Below are positions 23,886-37,470 of a stretch of 64,000 nucleotides of DNA, one piece after another. Under the pieces are notes generated by a model. That model was not told the DNA's origin and made no database searches. It was given only the letters and a program-made list of their open reading frames with translations. Both the position numbers and the translations under genes were made by a program. Within the stretch, counting starts at the first letter, position 1; the number at the start of each line of letters is the position of its first letter. The stretch is from the NCBI GenBank assembly GCA_046563655.1, contig CM102286.1:7068001-7132000 (forward strand), given 5' to 3'. Source of the stretch: Yuukianura sp. NJ FZ-2021 (lineage: Eukaryota).

Positions 23886-26166
23886 ATGAACGTCGACGAA
23901 TTTTTGTCCTTGGTGAAGTCCGGTTCGGGATCTCAGCGGGATGGATCTGAGCGGCGTGATACACGTAACGTGGACTTTGGGGCAGGAAACAACCCTAGAA
24001 AACGGACCAGAGAAAGCACTGATCGAGGTCATGCTTCGGTAAAATCAAAATCCGGAATAATGAAGAGGCCAAACATGAACACTAATGTTCCGGACTCAAC
24101 CGATCAGCTAGTGAATACTACAAACAATCACCATCCCAACATATCTCCTGGTAATGTCCACGAATTTGAGGTTTCAGAAGAGGAAAGAGCGCGTATTCTT
24201 CAAATGGTGGAAGACGAACCGGAGGTAATTTTGCACAATGGTTTCAGTTAATGTCGTTTAGCTTCCTTGTTGCTAAACGCTCTATCTTTCACCCTTATTT
24301 TATGTTTGGTATAAGTTAAATAAGTTAATAAGAGTGTCCAATGATTCAATGTACTGTGACCAGAACATTAAAGAGACCTCTCTTTCGCCAAGCACGTAGG
24401 AAAACCCTTACGAATTTGTTAGAATTGAACAAGCAAAGCACATGAATAACTAACTATAAGGTAATTCTTTCCAGGGAGCTCCGTTTGATGACGCTAGTCT
24501 CAAACGCATGGTGTCCGTTTTAGAGAAGAAAATCAGCAAAAATCAAGAAATGCGAATTAAATTCCCAGAGCAGCCAGAGAAGTTCGTACAACCCTAGATT
24601 AAACTACTGCTTTGTAGTTTGCAAACGCGATAAGCTCAGAAGGTAATAATTCTCTTGTTGAATTTAGGTTTATGGACTCCGAAGTTGAACTTCACGAATC
24701 AATTCAGGAACTACACGTATTAGCAACCGATTCTGAACTGTACTCTCTAGCAGCGGAGCTGGCACTTCCCTCTACACTCATAGGGCTACTCGCTCATGAG
24801 AACTCGGATATCTCTTGCGCGATCATAGATTTACTTCAAGAACTTACAGACGTTGACACAATTAACGAGAACGAGGAAGCTACCTCAATATTCTTGGACT
24901 CATTACTGGAAGAACAAGCTGTTTCTCTTTTGACACAAAACCTGGAAAGACTGGACGAGTCCAACGCAGACGAGGTTGACGGCGTGCATAATACGCTTGC
25001 AATTTTTGAAAATTTATTTGAACTTCGTCCTCATCTTTGTTCCACCGCTGGAGAAAGTGTAAGAAGAGTGTAACTAGTATTTACCCTATTGTATTTTATC
25101 AGCGGTCATATTTTTTTCTTTCTTTAAAAGGGACTTTTGCAATGGCTCTTGAAGAGAGTCAAAGTTCGGATGCCGTTTGACTCTAACAAGCAATACGCAG
25201 CGGAAATGTTGGCAATTCTCTTGCAAGATACTCAAGAGAACCGGACGTTGTTGGGAGAGTTGGATGGCATCGACGTACTACTGCAGCAATTGGCAACATA
25301 CAAGCGTCATGATCCAAGTACTAACGAAGAAGGGGAGTTCATGGGTAACCTATTCAACTGTCTTTGCTCAGCACTTCTGTGGGGTCCTAACCGTGAAAAG
25401 TTTCTGAAAGGCGAAGGCCCCCAACTGATGAATTTAATGCTCAGGTAACATGATCGCCGATCGGATTCGGAAGCTTTCTTAATTTTTAAATCATGATGGT
25501 ACATTCTTTACAACAGTATGGTTATATAGGGAAAAGAAGCAGTCGAGAAGCGGCTCTTTGAAAGTTTTGAATCACGCCGTAACGGGCCCTGATGGAGGTA
25601 GCAACGCTTCCAAGTTTGTGGACATCTTGGGACTCAGAACTCTGTTTCCTCTTTTTATGAAAACGCCAAACAAGTCGAAGCGCAAAGGCTTATCAGCAGG
25701 AGAGCACGAGGAACACGTGATTTCAATTCTCGCCGGACTTCTACAACATTTAACAGGACCAAGTCGTTCCCGTATCATATCCAAATTCGAAGAAAATAAT
25801 TTCGAGAAAGCCGAACGGATCTGCGAACTGCACTTCAAGTACTTGGAGAAAATCAATCGCATCGATAAATCAATTGTTGATGAGATGAAGGCATCGGGGG
25901 AAGAATTGGATGAAGACGAAATTTACTTGAGACGTTTGGACGGAGGGCTATTTACTCTTCAGCTCATCGACTACATTATTTTGGACGTATGCGTTTCGAA
26001 CCACGACGTTAAAGAAAAAGTAAGAAGCATGATTCAGTTGCGGAAGGGATCTATGGAAACTGTACGAGAAATAGTGCAGGAATACATGGAGAACATTGGA
26101 AATGAAAATGCAGAATGGAAAACGAAGCAAAACAATTACATCAAGACTCTACTCGACGATTTCTAG
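23886..26166 (+). CDS. CTNNBL1: Beta-catenin-like protein 1 (spliceosome/Prp19-associated), multi-exon
   Basis: KNQEMRIKFPEQPEKFMDSEVELH, LLAHENSDI, GVHNTLAIFEN, FDSNKQYAAE, FLKGEGPQLMNLMLREKK, KFVDILGLRT, YLRRLDGGLFTLQ. Confidence 0.95.
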
Positions 26167-26970
26167 TATGTAGGTATTGTTAATTATAAGTTGGAATATT
26201 ATTTTGCTCATAAGCAATTAGTAGTTATAATTAGTGTACCTTGAAGCAAATGCTTCTTCGCCTTTTTCAGGAAAAGTAGGAAGCATCGTTTTTTGTTATT
26301 GCTGTTTATAACTCTTCGCTGTTTTAGGAAAATAAAAATTTTTATGTCACCAACATCGTTACGGGTACAGTACAATTGATGCAGGGAGAGTCTGGTGCAT
26401 CAGAGAAATTGCCGGCCTCTCATTGGGGAATTCAAATCACGACCGTCAAATATCATTCCCTTTAATAGCTAGAATTTAGAATTTAGAATTTATTTATTTA
26501 TCCTTTTTACGCTGTTTTGTACGATTTTGTTTTCCTGAATCTCAACTAGAACCCACAACAATGGTCTTAATCTAGTTAAGCGATTTAGAAATTAATTAAG
26601 CTTCCAGTCTTCCTCGGTATTTAATTAAGTTTTCAATTGTTTTTCTAGAAGTATTTTTTTCAGTTCATTTTGCTATACGATTGTTTTCAAGAATCCGATG
26701 ATTCTGGCCTTTAGTCATGCCAGTTTTCTGGTTTTTGCTTTTTTGGCTGTCCGACGATGAGTCTGCTCCGAGTCTACTCTATGGAAAGACGACAGAGAGA
26801 GGCCCGCTGAGCCGACCGGAGTCGTCTGTGATTTGCGGTTGCAGTTTTTGGTTTTTGTTTAGTTTGGCTAAATTGGATTACGTATAATTATTATTATTAT
26901 AATAATCCTAGCGTATACGAGCCGTAAAACTAGAGTGACTGTTGACATTTGTACTAGTAACATATTCGAC

Positions 26971-28536
26971 ATGCTTTCCGAATTTGAGTCCAATCTCTAT
27001 GACCGTCAAATTCGCTTATGGGGGGTTGAGGCTCAAAAGCGGTAAGAAAACACAATTGAATTAAGGATGATTTGGATTTTGACGTTGAATCGTTACTTTT
27101 TGCCGTTATAGATTGAACAGGGCGAGAGTATTAATAATCGGAATGAATGGACTAGGCGCTGAAGTTGGCAAGAATATCATCCTGGGAGGTGTCAAATCCG
27201 TCGTGATGATGGATCACCAGGCTGTATCAAAGAACGACCTGGCAAATCAATTTCTGGTGGGAACGAATTCAATTGGGCAAAATGTAATGAACAGACTTGC
27301 TTACTCAATAATTATTAAAGCTCAGCGGAAACTCATAATATTATGAATACGATTTACAGCGTGCAGCTGCTTCTCTTACTCGCGCCCAACGTCTCAATCC
27401 GATGGTGGATGTTGTCGCAAGTTGTTCAAGTCCCGAAGACAAAGCTGATTTGTACTTCGAGCAATTCTCTGTAATTTGCGCAATTGCGTGTACGAAAAGT
27501 CAAATTAATCGACTAAATCGCATCGCTCGACAATGTGATATCAAGTTCTTCGCTGCTGACGTATTTGGATTTTTAAGCTACATATTCATTGATCTTGGAA
27601 AGGCACACAAATTCACCAGGTATATGACAAATGCTTTTATTTAAGTTCGTTGTTTACATTTTGTTTCAAAAGAAAATAGGTTTAATTGTATTTAATCAAT
27701 ATTATAGAGAAGTTGTCACACCAGCTACGAAGGATAAACCTGAATTTGTTAAAGTGGTAAACGAATGCATTGCGTTTTGTCCATTTCAAGAAATTCTGGA
27801 TCTGAAATGGTCAAATGCTCCAGCTGGATTAGTACGGAAGACGAAACCTGCCGTTCATGTCATCATGGGTAAGCCTAAATATAATGTAAACGCATGTTGA
27901 ATTGCAGTTTCATTCTGCAGTTCGAATCCATCTCCCACCCACCAGCCATCACGCTTAAGAGTGATGAGTTAATACTTAGGTTGGGGTGGCGGGAGGTGGA
28001 TTCCAACTGCAGAATGAAACTAACAAATATTCAGTTGTATTTCAATTCTTATTTCATCTCCAACTCTTATGATTCCAGTTTTATTGGAATTTCTGGAAAA
28101 ATTCAAACGCCCACCGATGCCGAACTCTTCTGACGACATCAATGAATTCCAACTTCTCTTGGATTCATATATGTCTTCTAACGGCCTTGCTGAGGATCTC
28201 ATTCCAAGTTTGCTGACCATGTGAGTTTATAAACATTTTTTAATGATCCTGAGTATCGTTTTGAGTTGCAAAGACTCGGCTTCAATAATGGTTGTGGTTG
28301 TACTAGTGACGTTAGGTTTTTAATATTAGTTTTTTGAATTAATCTATAGGAACATTTCGGGTCAGCTTGGACCTGTGTGTGCAATCACTGGGGGAGTACT
28401 TGCTCAAGAAATTGTAAAAGCCATTTCACATAAAGACGAGCCGATTTCGAACCTTTTTGTCTTTGATCCAGTGCTTGGCACAGGAGTTGTCGAGAAATTC
28501 AGCCGAACGGATACCCCCGGTGCGTATGTTAATTAA
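26971..28536 (+). CDS. SAE1: SUMO-activating enzyme subunit 1 (Aos1), multi-exon
   Basis: LYDRQIRLWGVEAQKRL, GLGAEVGKNIILGGVKS, QRLNPMVDV, FFAADVFG, PVCAITGGVLAQEIVKAIS. Confidence 0.93.
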
Positions 28537-28962
28537 CTTCCTTCCAGTAACCGCTTAGGTTCTCCTAATACTGCCAGCGATTAAATTAAGATCCACTGGT
28601 AGAATACAATTCTTCTTTTATACTCATAAACAGTTAGGCCACTTCTGTTCTCTTTTTTTGACATTCAATTTAACGCTTTAATAAATTACTATTGCTCTCC
28701 TCCGGATCTGTATAAAAATTAGCGTACAATGTCATCTTAATATTCAAATTGTGTTTAGCGTCTGAGACTTTAGTATTAGTTGTCTTGCGTTAGTCAGTTG
28801 TGTCCTAAGTCAGTCAATCGTCCATTTTGGAAACGCACAAGGGGTTTGTTGTCTCTGTAATTTCAGTCGTGGAGTTCGTCAATTGTCCACTTACTATGCT
28901 CTATCTTCAGATCGTCTTTCGTTATGTTATCGTCAATAGTGTGATTACGTTGTTGTAATCGA

Positions 28963-30073
28963 TCACATGTCCACAACGTAGTTATCGTTCGTTGACATCT
29001 TCCACCAATCCATGAAATAGTCGCAAAGATCCAGGACATCAAAGAAGCACTTGTACTCATTCCCACAATTCTTTTTAGCCTTCCCATCTTTTGCTGCGGA
29101 CTGGAATATGGATGTTTTGGCTGCAGAAGTTCCGTTTAACGGAGCACTAAAATTCAAAAACAAATTAGACATTCATTTGATTAAATTGGTTTCATAAAAT
29201 TCAGTTTTACGGGAAGAAAACTTGGAATGGAGTGGCCATCATTCCATATTTCTTGGGGAACTTGTGCGCTTCACAAATCGTTTTCTGGAGACATTTTGTT
29301 GTGTCCAAGCCAATGTTGTTTGTAAAATCCGCGCCCATGAAGTTGAACACTTTATTGGAAGTCATGAGGTGGTTGAGAATTCCATTGCGGTCGTTGCTTC
29401 TGCCGGTCAAGTTGTCGGGTCGTGTACCGGTGAACAAAACTGGGACAGCAAAAATTAGAACAACTACGAGTAAGCTGAAGAGCCCAAATATTGCCTGAGG
29501 ACAAAGGGACAAAATCACGTATTAAAATTAATTAATTTACAGTTTACAATTAATTTGTTTAACTTTGTTAAGGTTACCTGGTTAGCCAAATCGACAGTGG
29601 AGCCTTGGGATGCCCGCTGCGGAAGAGTGAAGGAGAACAGAGGCACCGTCAACGCAACGGAAGTATTGAACAAGCGCCGCTGAATGAACGCTGACTCGGG
29701 GGCTGTCGCAAAATCTCGGAGAGTTTCGTAAGCATTCGGCTGTTGCGCTGGGACGCCATAACTTGATGATGGTGGTCCGTACGATGAGGATGGAACTCCA
29801 TAAGTGGGTTTAGCCGTAGGAAGTGTCGCGTAGCCTCCCTTGGGTGCCCCATACAACGTCGAAGGTGCGTTGTAATGAGAATGGGTGGCCGGCGGAAGGT
29901 AACTGGAGTGCTGAGATCCGACGGATAAATCACCATTGACAGCAATTACACAAATTCCGAGCAAAATGACTACGAGTTGCTTAAAAGCTGTCAAAGAAAA
30001 ATATTTCCAACCAAAATCAAAATTTTCAACTAACAAAAATTGAAATCAATCCGGCTTTACCTTGGGCGTCCAT
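28963..30073 (-). CDS. Secreted/membrane protein with YGAP/YGVP/YGPP repeats and C-terminal DM4/DM12-like 4-Cys module
   Basis: Signal peptide, Tyr-Gly-x-Pro repeats, hydrophobic segment AIFGLFSLLVVVLIFAVPVLF, CLQKTICEAH ... FQSAAKDG...CGNEYKCFF. Confidence 0.75.
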
Positions 30074-30575
30074 TTTCTGGGTACGATTTTTTTTTAATTT
30101 TTACGAAGTTTTTACTTAAGCGCGAAAACACTTCTACTGCTAAAGCGAAACTGAATCAAGAGTGAACTAATGCTTCCACAGTTACAAGTCAGTTTGAAGT
30201 TAAAGTGGTCCCGTTGGTCCGAATGAATTAGAATATTTAGTATTTATACCGTAAGACCAGGAATGGATGAACAGTAGGGACGACATTGATTTTTAGCATA
30301 GGAAACCGAATCTCTGCTCCAAATATTGACACTTTGCTTTCTGTGCTATTTTTTGGTCCAACAGTTAGTGAAATGGCGGCGGCGTCTGTGTTTGTGAACT
30401 TTCTCGTCCAGTGGATGTGAATGTCAAAGTAAATTGTCAAATGTAACAAGGCAAAGTGTCAAATGCACTAGTTTAGCCAAGTTTATTGTAAAAAATCAAA
30501 CAATTCAAGGTTTTAACCCAATTTCGTAGTAGCACAATAACAATTATGTGTTAGTGGGTCAGTAAGTTGAGCGTA

Positions 30576-32536
30576 TTAGTAAATCCTATTTATCAGAGCA
30601 ATTGTATGGACGTCTACATTCCTAAGAAGGCTAGAAGTTACTTGCACAGTCATTTTGTATTTGGCAAATTTAAAGTGGTTGTGTGAAATTGGCTGGAACT
30701 GGGAATCGAGCGTGTTCAAACTTGGTGCCATCGGGTGATTAGCACGCATGCCTCGAGCGGCCAATTTGAACTTTACAAATTTTGGTACAAATTCTGTTTC
30801 TTCCTTCATTGTCTGAAAATTCTCGGAACGTATTACCCCGCATACTTCCCATCCAAACTCCGCCGTTTTGTTTCCTGTTTTGCGGAACCCAGTAAATGCA
30901 ACCAGTGCGTACACTCCATTTTCCTCGGTAAATTTTTCTGAACCGGCGAACTGATACTTTAAGGCACAGCAAAGGTGATTGTGACATGCATGTACTGTAG
31001 AAGAGTCATTACGCGGGCGCAGCAACACACTGGAATAATTTTGGAGATCTTCTTTCAAAACATGAAAAGCAGAGGGTGGAAGGTATTCTGACCGAGTTTT
31101 ACGGGCTGACAGTGGTGCTTGAAAAATCGGTTGTATATGTGGCATAACTGGAACTTCGGATACGACCAACCTTGATCCTGAATGGGGGTCAAATGTGTAG
31201 TTAAGTGGTCCTGCTCCCCCGGAAAAAATTCCGCTGCCCAAAGCGCCTCTACTTGGTTCATGATATCCCGCCACAAGCAAATTTGCATTGGCGCTCATAG
31301 CCCACATTGTATTTGCTTGTGGAGCTAGAAATTAACACGAATACTTAGCATCAATTTTAAAACAATTTTGAAGAATTTTTACCAGTTAGGAATGGAATTT
31401 CATCAACCCAGGCTGTTGTGGTCACAAAATTCTTGACGCCCATGCGCACGAGTTCCACAGCAGGATGCTCAAACATGAGATCGAAACAAATGAATGTTCC
31501 GAAGATCACGCCAAAATCAGTAGCAAAGGTCACATACTCAGGTTTCCGCGGAGCGTCGAACTGGTTTTCAAAGTACAAATTGTATTTGTGGTACCTGGGT
31601 TTCATTAATATAATTATTTTCATATATATTTGAATTCTTGATAGTTTGAGTTTATGAAAATTCAATGTTTGTTAATTTTCACCTACTTTGCAATTATTGT
31701 TCCGCTGCGGTCAAAGACAACATTTGTATTGAAGTGACAAATTCTTTTGTTTTGCCCGCATTTGCTCTCTAAATTGCTATTTGAGATTTGGATTTCACCG
31801 AGGTTGACGACAACGTAAATCTTGTTGGTCATTGCTGCGCAAGATAATTGCCGCAAAACCTAGAAAAAATCAAATGAACAATTTTGTTTCATCTTTAGAA
31901 GCAACCTTTTAAAAAAATTTACTTTTTTACAAACCATATTTGAATTTATCATCAGGCAAGGATTTTCTCCAACTTCCGGCACTGGAAGTAAGTACGACCG
32001 GACTCCGATGCGGTCTGCTGGAATATGAAGTGACGTCAACCCATATTCTGGAAACACTACTAAATCTGCATTCTAAAAAAATGATTTTCAGCATTGTGGT
32101 TTCACAGGGTTTTTCCGTTGCTTAACACTTACGTAACTTTTTGCTTTTCTAATGAAGTCCACAAACGCATCGGCGTTTAATTTCAAAACACGCTCGGGTA
32201 ATTGGGGACCCAGATTCCCAGCGACAGGCATGTACTCCACCACTGCTGCTGTATATGTGTCTCTACTCTAGAAAAATTAAAAGTTAGATTTTCTATAAAC
32301 GAGTTCTCCAAATTAGACAAAAAAATCGGAATTACGTTTGTCCTTAGTTCAACTGCGCTTTCCGAAAACTTTAATTCGACACGAACATATTTTGGGAGCC
32401 GGCGACCATAATTTAAGGAAATACAGGAATAACAAATGCATAAACTTACATTTCCTTCCGCAAGGAGATTTGAGGAATGCAATAAACTAATAGTTATTAG
32501 TGTTGTCCATGTTGTAAACTGCAAGGTCAACTCCAT
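30576..32536 (-). CDS. Vanin-like / pantetheinase-biotinidase family amidohydrolase (multi-exon)
   Basis: Nitrilase-fold catalytic motifs FPEYG, YHKYNL, FICFDL; TTAWVDEIPFL; C-terminal vanin domain CHNHLCC; signal peptide. Confidence 0.9.
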
Positions 32537-34034
32537 TTTAATCGTCGAAAAATACAAATAGTAACCTAACGTCACCAAAACCCAAGTATTGCATATAAGA
32601 AAAGTTTAATCCAAAATCACAACTTGGATATAAAGCTGATAGTTGAATTTCGACAAAAGTTTAATAACTATATTCACTGACTAACCTGATGAACAGTTTG
32701 ACGAAATAGTTGTGGAAGATTTCTTGTGGAAATTCAAGAAAGTATCTCATGAGATGAAAAAAGTGGAATTTTTCAAATTCTACTATTGTCATTTATGTGA
32801 AAAATTTTCGAGATGCAGTTGTGAAAAGCAAACAAAAATATCCGCGTATCTAATTTTTAAAATAATTTCAGATTCGGTTCACAGGGTCGCGTTCTGTCTG
32901 GTTTACGGTGATGTCTTTTAGAATTTCATTTCACAGTCATTTCAAGTTCAAAAATAACATAAATTCGAATGCTGATTTGCTACAATAATTCATAATATTC
33001 ATGTAATAAACAAATTCAAAATAAAATACAATTCAAACAGATTTTTTTTCAGTTTCTTTTTTAGGGAAGTGGTTTTTATGACGACCTACTTTTATCATGA
33101 TGTTGAATCTATGTATACAGCACAAACCCCATCTTTCTCGTGGTATGGTGGTTCTTAAAATTCTGCTCAAGACTATCTTTGAAGTTGGTTTGTAATCTGC
33201 ACTACATCATCTCAGATTTGCATGTGTAAAAAGAATCAACTTGCAAAAAAAGAGCCAACCTTAACAAGTTCTAGCCGAGGACGACTGACTTGGCGTGTAT
33301 CAGTAAGTAGTTTAGGAGTAAAGAATCAACAGAAGGAAACGAGAAGGGAAAGTGTGTCGACTTGTGTTTTGAGGATATCCCTAGATTAGACAACAATAGA
33401 AAATGGACTACGCAGGCAAGACTACAATGGGAACTATGTCTGACGTTGGAAATAGGTTCTAGGTCTCAACGGCTCTTCACTTTCATATTCAAAGAGGACG
33501 TCAAGCGTGGTAACGTTCCCTTTCATTTGTCCAGGATCTTAAAGTTATTTGGAGCTCAAGGCTGAATTGCAAAAATTGAAATTAGCAGAGAATTTCAATT
33601 TTTTATCAGAACACGCCCTAAGCCATTTCAATGTGTTACCTGTGCCATATTCTCGACGCAGCCTACGATTTTATTTGCTCAAACTTTTTTCTTTTAGTTC
33701 TCATTGCAATACCGCCGGGGGAACATCGACCTGATTCCAACGTTATTAGCGAGCGTTACGCCTAGTAAACCCACAAAGGTAAGTCAACTTACATGTAACA
33801 CATTTTTATTAAAATGGTTTAGCTCACATTACTCACTTTTTTGTCGTCACTTTTAAATTTGGTCATCGCCTATAATAAATTTTAAGCGTAAGGACGAATC
33901 TGTCAATACAATATATTTTTCACTTTTCGTTTGATTTAAAATAGAATTCAGTTTTGAAGAAAATAACATTTCTGCACAACTTTTCTTAAATAACGGAAAA
34001 GTTTAATACTCAATTTATTGGTTTCAGTGTCAAC

Positions 34035-34826
34035 ATGAGGGAACACCTCCGCATTATCCTAATGGCTATCCTGATATACTTCTTGATTTCGGACATAATT
34101 GAACTCGTTTCGTATATTCCGACGACGCTAACCATTGCTCCACTTCTTCAGCAACTCCTTCCCCTAAAACTAAAATTTCAGCAACGTGCCTCGCTGAACA
34201 AAGATCAACAGAAGACAAAAGGTGAAAGTTCAGTACTCAGTCGCGGCACTGCGATGCCGACGCTACGTCGTTCCACGCGGAAATCTGAAATACCTGGAGA
34301 CATTCAGGCAACGACCAAAAGCGATACGAAGTTGGCAGGTACTAACAAATTAATAGTACTGATGATACTATTTCTGTTTCAAAAAAAAACAGTAGCTCAT
34401 ATATGCTAAAGTGAAGTTTCTTGTTTAGTCCAAGAAAATCAGCAACCAAGTCGCGACAAACAGGATTGGCTGAAAACGATGCAAGACCAGTGTTTGCCAA
34501 AACTAGTTTGCGAGCTCCACGCTTCTCTAACGGGACAAAATAGTCTGACTGACACTGAAATGGGGATTTTAACAGCCATCAAGTGAGTGACGCCAGAGGA
34601 ATGCATAAGGCAGATGACTAGAATGTTTTGATTTAGTGCGTTTTGTCTATTTAGAGACACGAGTCTTGGCACTTCTGCTGAAGTAGTCTCCAAGTATCAC
34701 TTTGCAGCTCATATGGGTCAACTGTTGGCTGGTGTCGAGGGAAATGGGTGTCATAATTTCTATCCCAATTGCCCTATTGCCAAAACTCAAGTTCTTCAAA
34801 TTCTCAAGAAAGTGAGACTCCGCTAG
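34035..34826 (+). CDS. Secreted DM4/DM12-like 4-Cys protein (3 coding exons)
   Basis: Hydrophobic N-terminus; QDQCLPKLVCELH; YHFAAHMGQ...GCHNFYPNCP; stop TAG 34824-34826. Confidence 0.78.
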
Positions 34827-35790
34827 ATGTCAACATTTGAATTTTGAATACCATTGTGTACCTTATGGAAAATTAGGTTAGGCTATTTTTCTGATAACAA
34901 AACTTTCCCATACTCTGTACTGCTGTAAAACCAATGTGCTAATTATTTTCTTAATTGTTCTGGCCTCAGGTAAACTAAATGATAATACTCTAATAGTTAC
35001 TGAAAATACTTCAAGACTGAATACTGTATTACGAAAATAGAGTTTGGGTTTTAGAAATTCATGTGCTAAAACATAAAAGTGTATTTTTGAAACAACATTT
35101 CATATTTTTGTACTGTAGAAACTTGTGAATTTTAAGTATTGTGTCGAAATTAAAAAACAATCGTATCTTTTTTTTTATGAAAGTCGTATTTTCTCTTTTT
35201 TTCCCCAAAAATTCGAAAACATGTAAACTGTCTATGAATGATACGGTCTTTTTTTTTCAATGCAAAAAAAAAACGGTTGAGGAATTACGCTTGGCGTTGA
35301 TCTGCTGATCTGTATTCCAACAGTGAGACGATATGTGGGGTTGATAATTAAATGTTTTGACCTGATCTTACACGAGTTAACAACAGGATGAGGATGTGGA
35401 TCTTTGAAAGTGAGAGTTAAAGTGTAAAAAGGGAGATCAGAGTGCATATAAGAGAGAACAATGATTGCAATTTGCAATTTTCAATTGGGGAAGGAGAAAG
35501 TTCAATCCTATTCATTTGCCCACTTACTTTGGGATATGATATTATCAAATTCCACAGAGATCATTTTCTCTTGGCTTCTTCACTTTGAAAGTTAGCTTGG
35601 TATCTTTTGCCATAAGGATCCTCGAGTCTAACAAAGTCAAACGTCAACCTCCAAGGACTCATCTTCATTGCACTTTTAGGCACGCCATTGGCACAGAGAC
35701 CCACTTCTAACGCCGTGTACTATTTCCTACACAAAACTCACTATTCTAAATGACTCCTACAACGCTACTCCAAATTCACTTTGGCAAAGG

Positions 35791-36497
35791 ATGAGGTTGA
35801 GTTCCATTGTCCTCCTACTCGTGGTCTCGATTCAGTTCAACTCCACATTCTACAGTTCCTCAGTCGCCGACGCTTTTGTAACAATTCCGACGTGGGTGGC
35901 TTTTGGAGCCATTACAGCCGCAGTAAAACTGAAACTGATTTTGGTCAAAATCATGTTCGCATTAAAAACAATGGGAGTCGGTAAGGCTCAATTTTTTTTA
36001 AAACTGAGATGAAAGTTGAATTTTGGAATTGTCAATTGAATTCTTCAATATTTCTTTCCAGGCAGCATTCGGTTCAAACGCTCAGCTCATTCCGATTTCG
36101 GAGTACAGTTGTACAACGTTGCAAATTCAGAGTACGGTGATTTACTTGATGCGTGGACTGAACTAGAGGTCACGGCTGGACGACGAATAAGTTTTATTCT
36201 TGACAGTTGCATTTCTGCGGCAGTCGCGGGAAACACTAAAGAAAATTCCAAACAAAGAAGGCAAGAATTGATTATAACATTTCCAAAAATTGCAAAACAG
36301 CATTCGAGAAAATTCCCGCTGTAATTGTTGGTTTTTGTTTCAGAAGAAGGTCAGCGACCTCCGGTAGCCAATCAAATGTACAGTCCAAATTCGTTAGCTC
36401 CATCATTGGCTCAATAACTGGAAGTATTGCGGCGTGCCAAATTCTTGAAGACGCTTTACAAATACATCACAAGAATCAAGAGTCATTGCATCCGTAA
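35791..36497 (+). CDS. Small secreted precursor: signal peptide, Lys/hydrophobic segment, RFKR and RRRR sites, 2 Cys (4 exons, one GC-AG intron)
   Basis: MRLSSIVLLLVVS...KLKLILVKIMFALKTMGVG|SIRFKRS...ANSD|CISAAVAG...KQRR|RRS...AACQIL...HP*. Introns 35982-36061, 36132-36206 and 36261-36343 (GC donor). Later exons less certain. Confidence 0.6.
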
Positions 36498-36848
36498 CCA
36501 ATGCAAAACGAGGAATAAATGTGTCGCTAAAAATGTCATCCCTATTGGGGTTACAACAATGCTGTAATATCGACACTCATGTTAAACATTACCATATTTA
36601 CACTGTGATACAGTTGTGTTTGCTTTCCTATTACGTATGCGTTTAAAAGTGAACAATAATAATTGTAAGTAAATTTCTAATTAAAATTTGGTGCCAATAC
36701 AGACTGGAATTCCAACTCTAGCATTTCAGAAGTTGCTTTGCAGCTCGCAGATTATGAAGAAGTTATTTGAATAAATTTTTTATACATGTCTCCATTGCAG
36801 TATTTTTTGAGTTTCTTTGGAATTTTTTCTTTAAATAATGGAGACAAC

Positions 36849-37470
36849 GGTTCCATGCCATTAGGCCCTATGAATTAGGCCCTCAGCCAACAGGCCCTAT
36901 GAATTAGGCCCTAAACAATTAGGCCCTCACTGCCTTTAGGCCCTAATGAATTAAGCCCTCAAAATGTTTAGGCCCTAAATCTTTACGCCCTCAGTACATT
37001 AGGCCCTCACAATTTTTAGGCCCTCACAATTTTTTAAGCACAGTGTTGGTAAACTCGACAATAGGCTCCATTTCCGTATATGCCTAACCACAACACATAT
37101 TAGAGACATAATCGAAACATCAATACAAATTCGTAATTTGCATAAGGCCATCGAAGATGCCCTAAAGCTTTGGTATTGAAACGGCTAATCACTACTGCCA
37201 ATTTCATAACCTAACGCCGCGCCTTCGGCGCGGGTAAATCAAAGTAAACGTATAAAAGGCTGCCGGTATGAATATATGAATCAAAATGGTTTTTAGGGCC
37301 TAAAAATTGTGAGGGCCTAATGTACTGAGGGCGTAAAGATTTAGGGCCTAAACATTCTGAGGGCCTAATTCATTAGGGCCTAAAGGCAGTGAGGGCCTAA
37401 TTGTTTAGGGCCTAATTCATAGGGCCTGTTGGCTGAGGGCCTAATTCATAGGGCCTAATGGCGTGCAACG
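36849..37470. mobile_element. Non-autonomous foldback DNA transposon with ~176-bp inverted arms built from TTAGGCCCT repeats, with target duplication
   Basis: Arms 36849-37024 and 37295-37470 are near-perfect reverse complements, each with 11 (T)TAGGCCCT-like units. Direct repeat (G)GAGACAAC on both sides (8 or 9 bp). Confidence 0.92.

Noticed and set aside
24224..24473. Possible snoRNA in the first CTNNBL1 intron
   Set aside because: Only a short hairpin is visible; no convincing C/D or H/ACA box arrangement.
34874..34884. TTAGG telomeric-type repeats
   Set aside because: Only two units, as expected by chance; no array anywhere in the window.
36860..37460. CRISPR-like appearance of regularly spaced short repeats
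   Set aside because: Repeats are only ~9 bp with 5-8 bp spacers, mirrored in two arms with a target duplication, in a eukaryotic locus with no cas genes. This is a foldback transposon.
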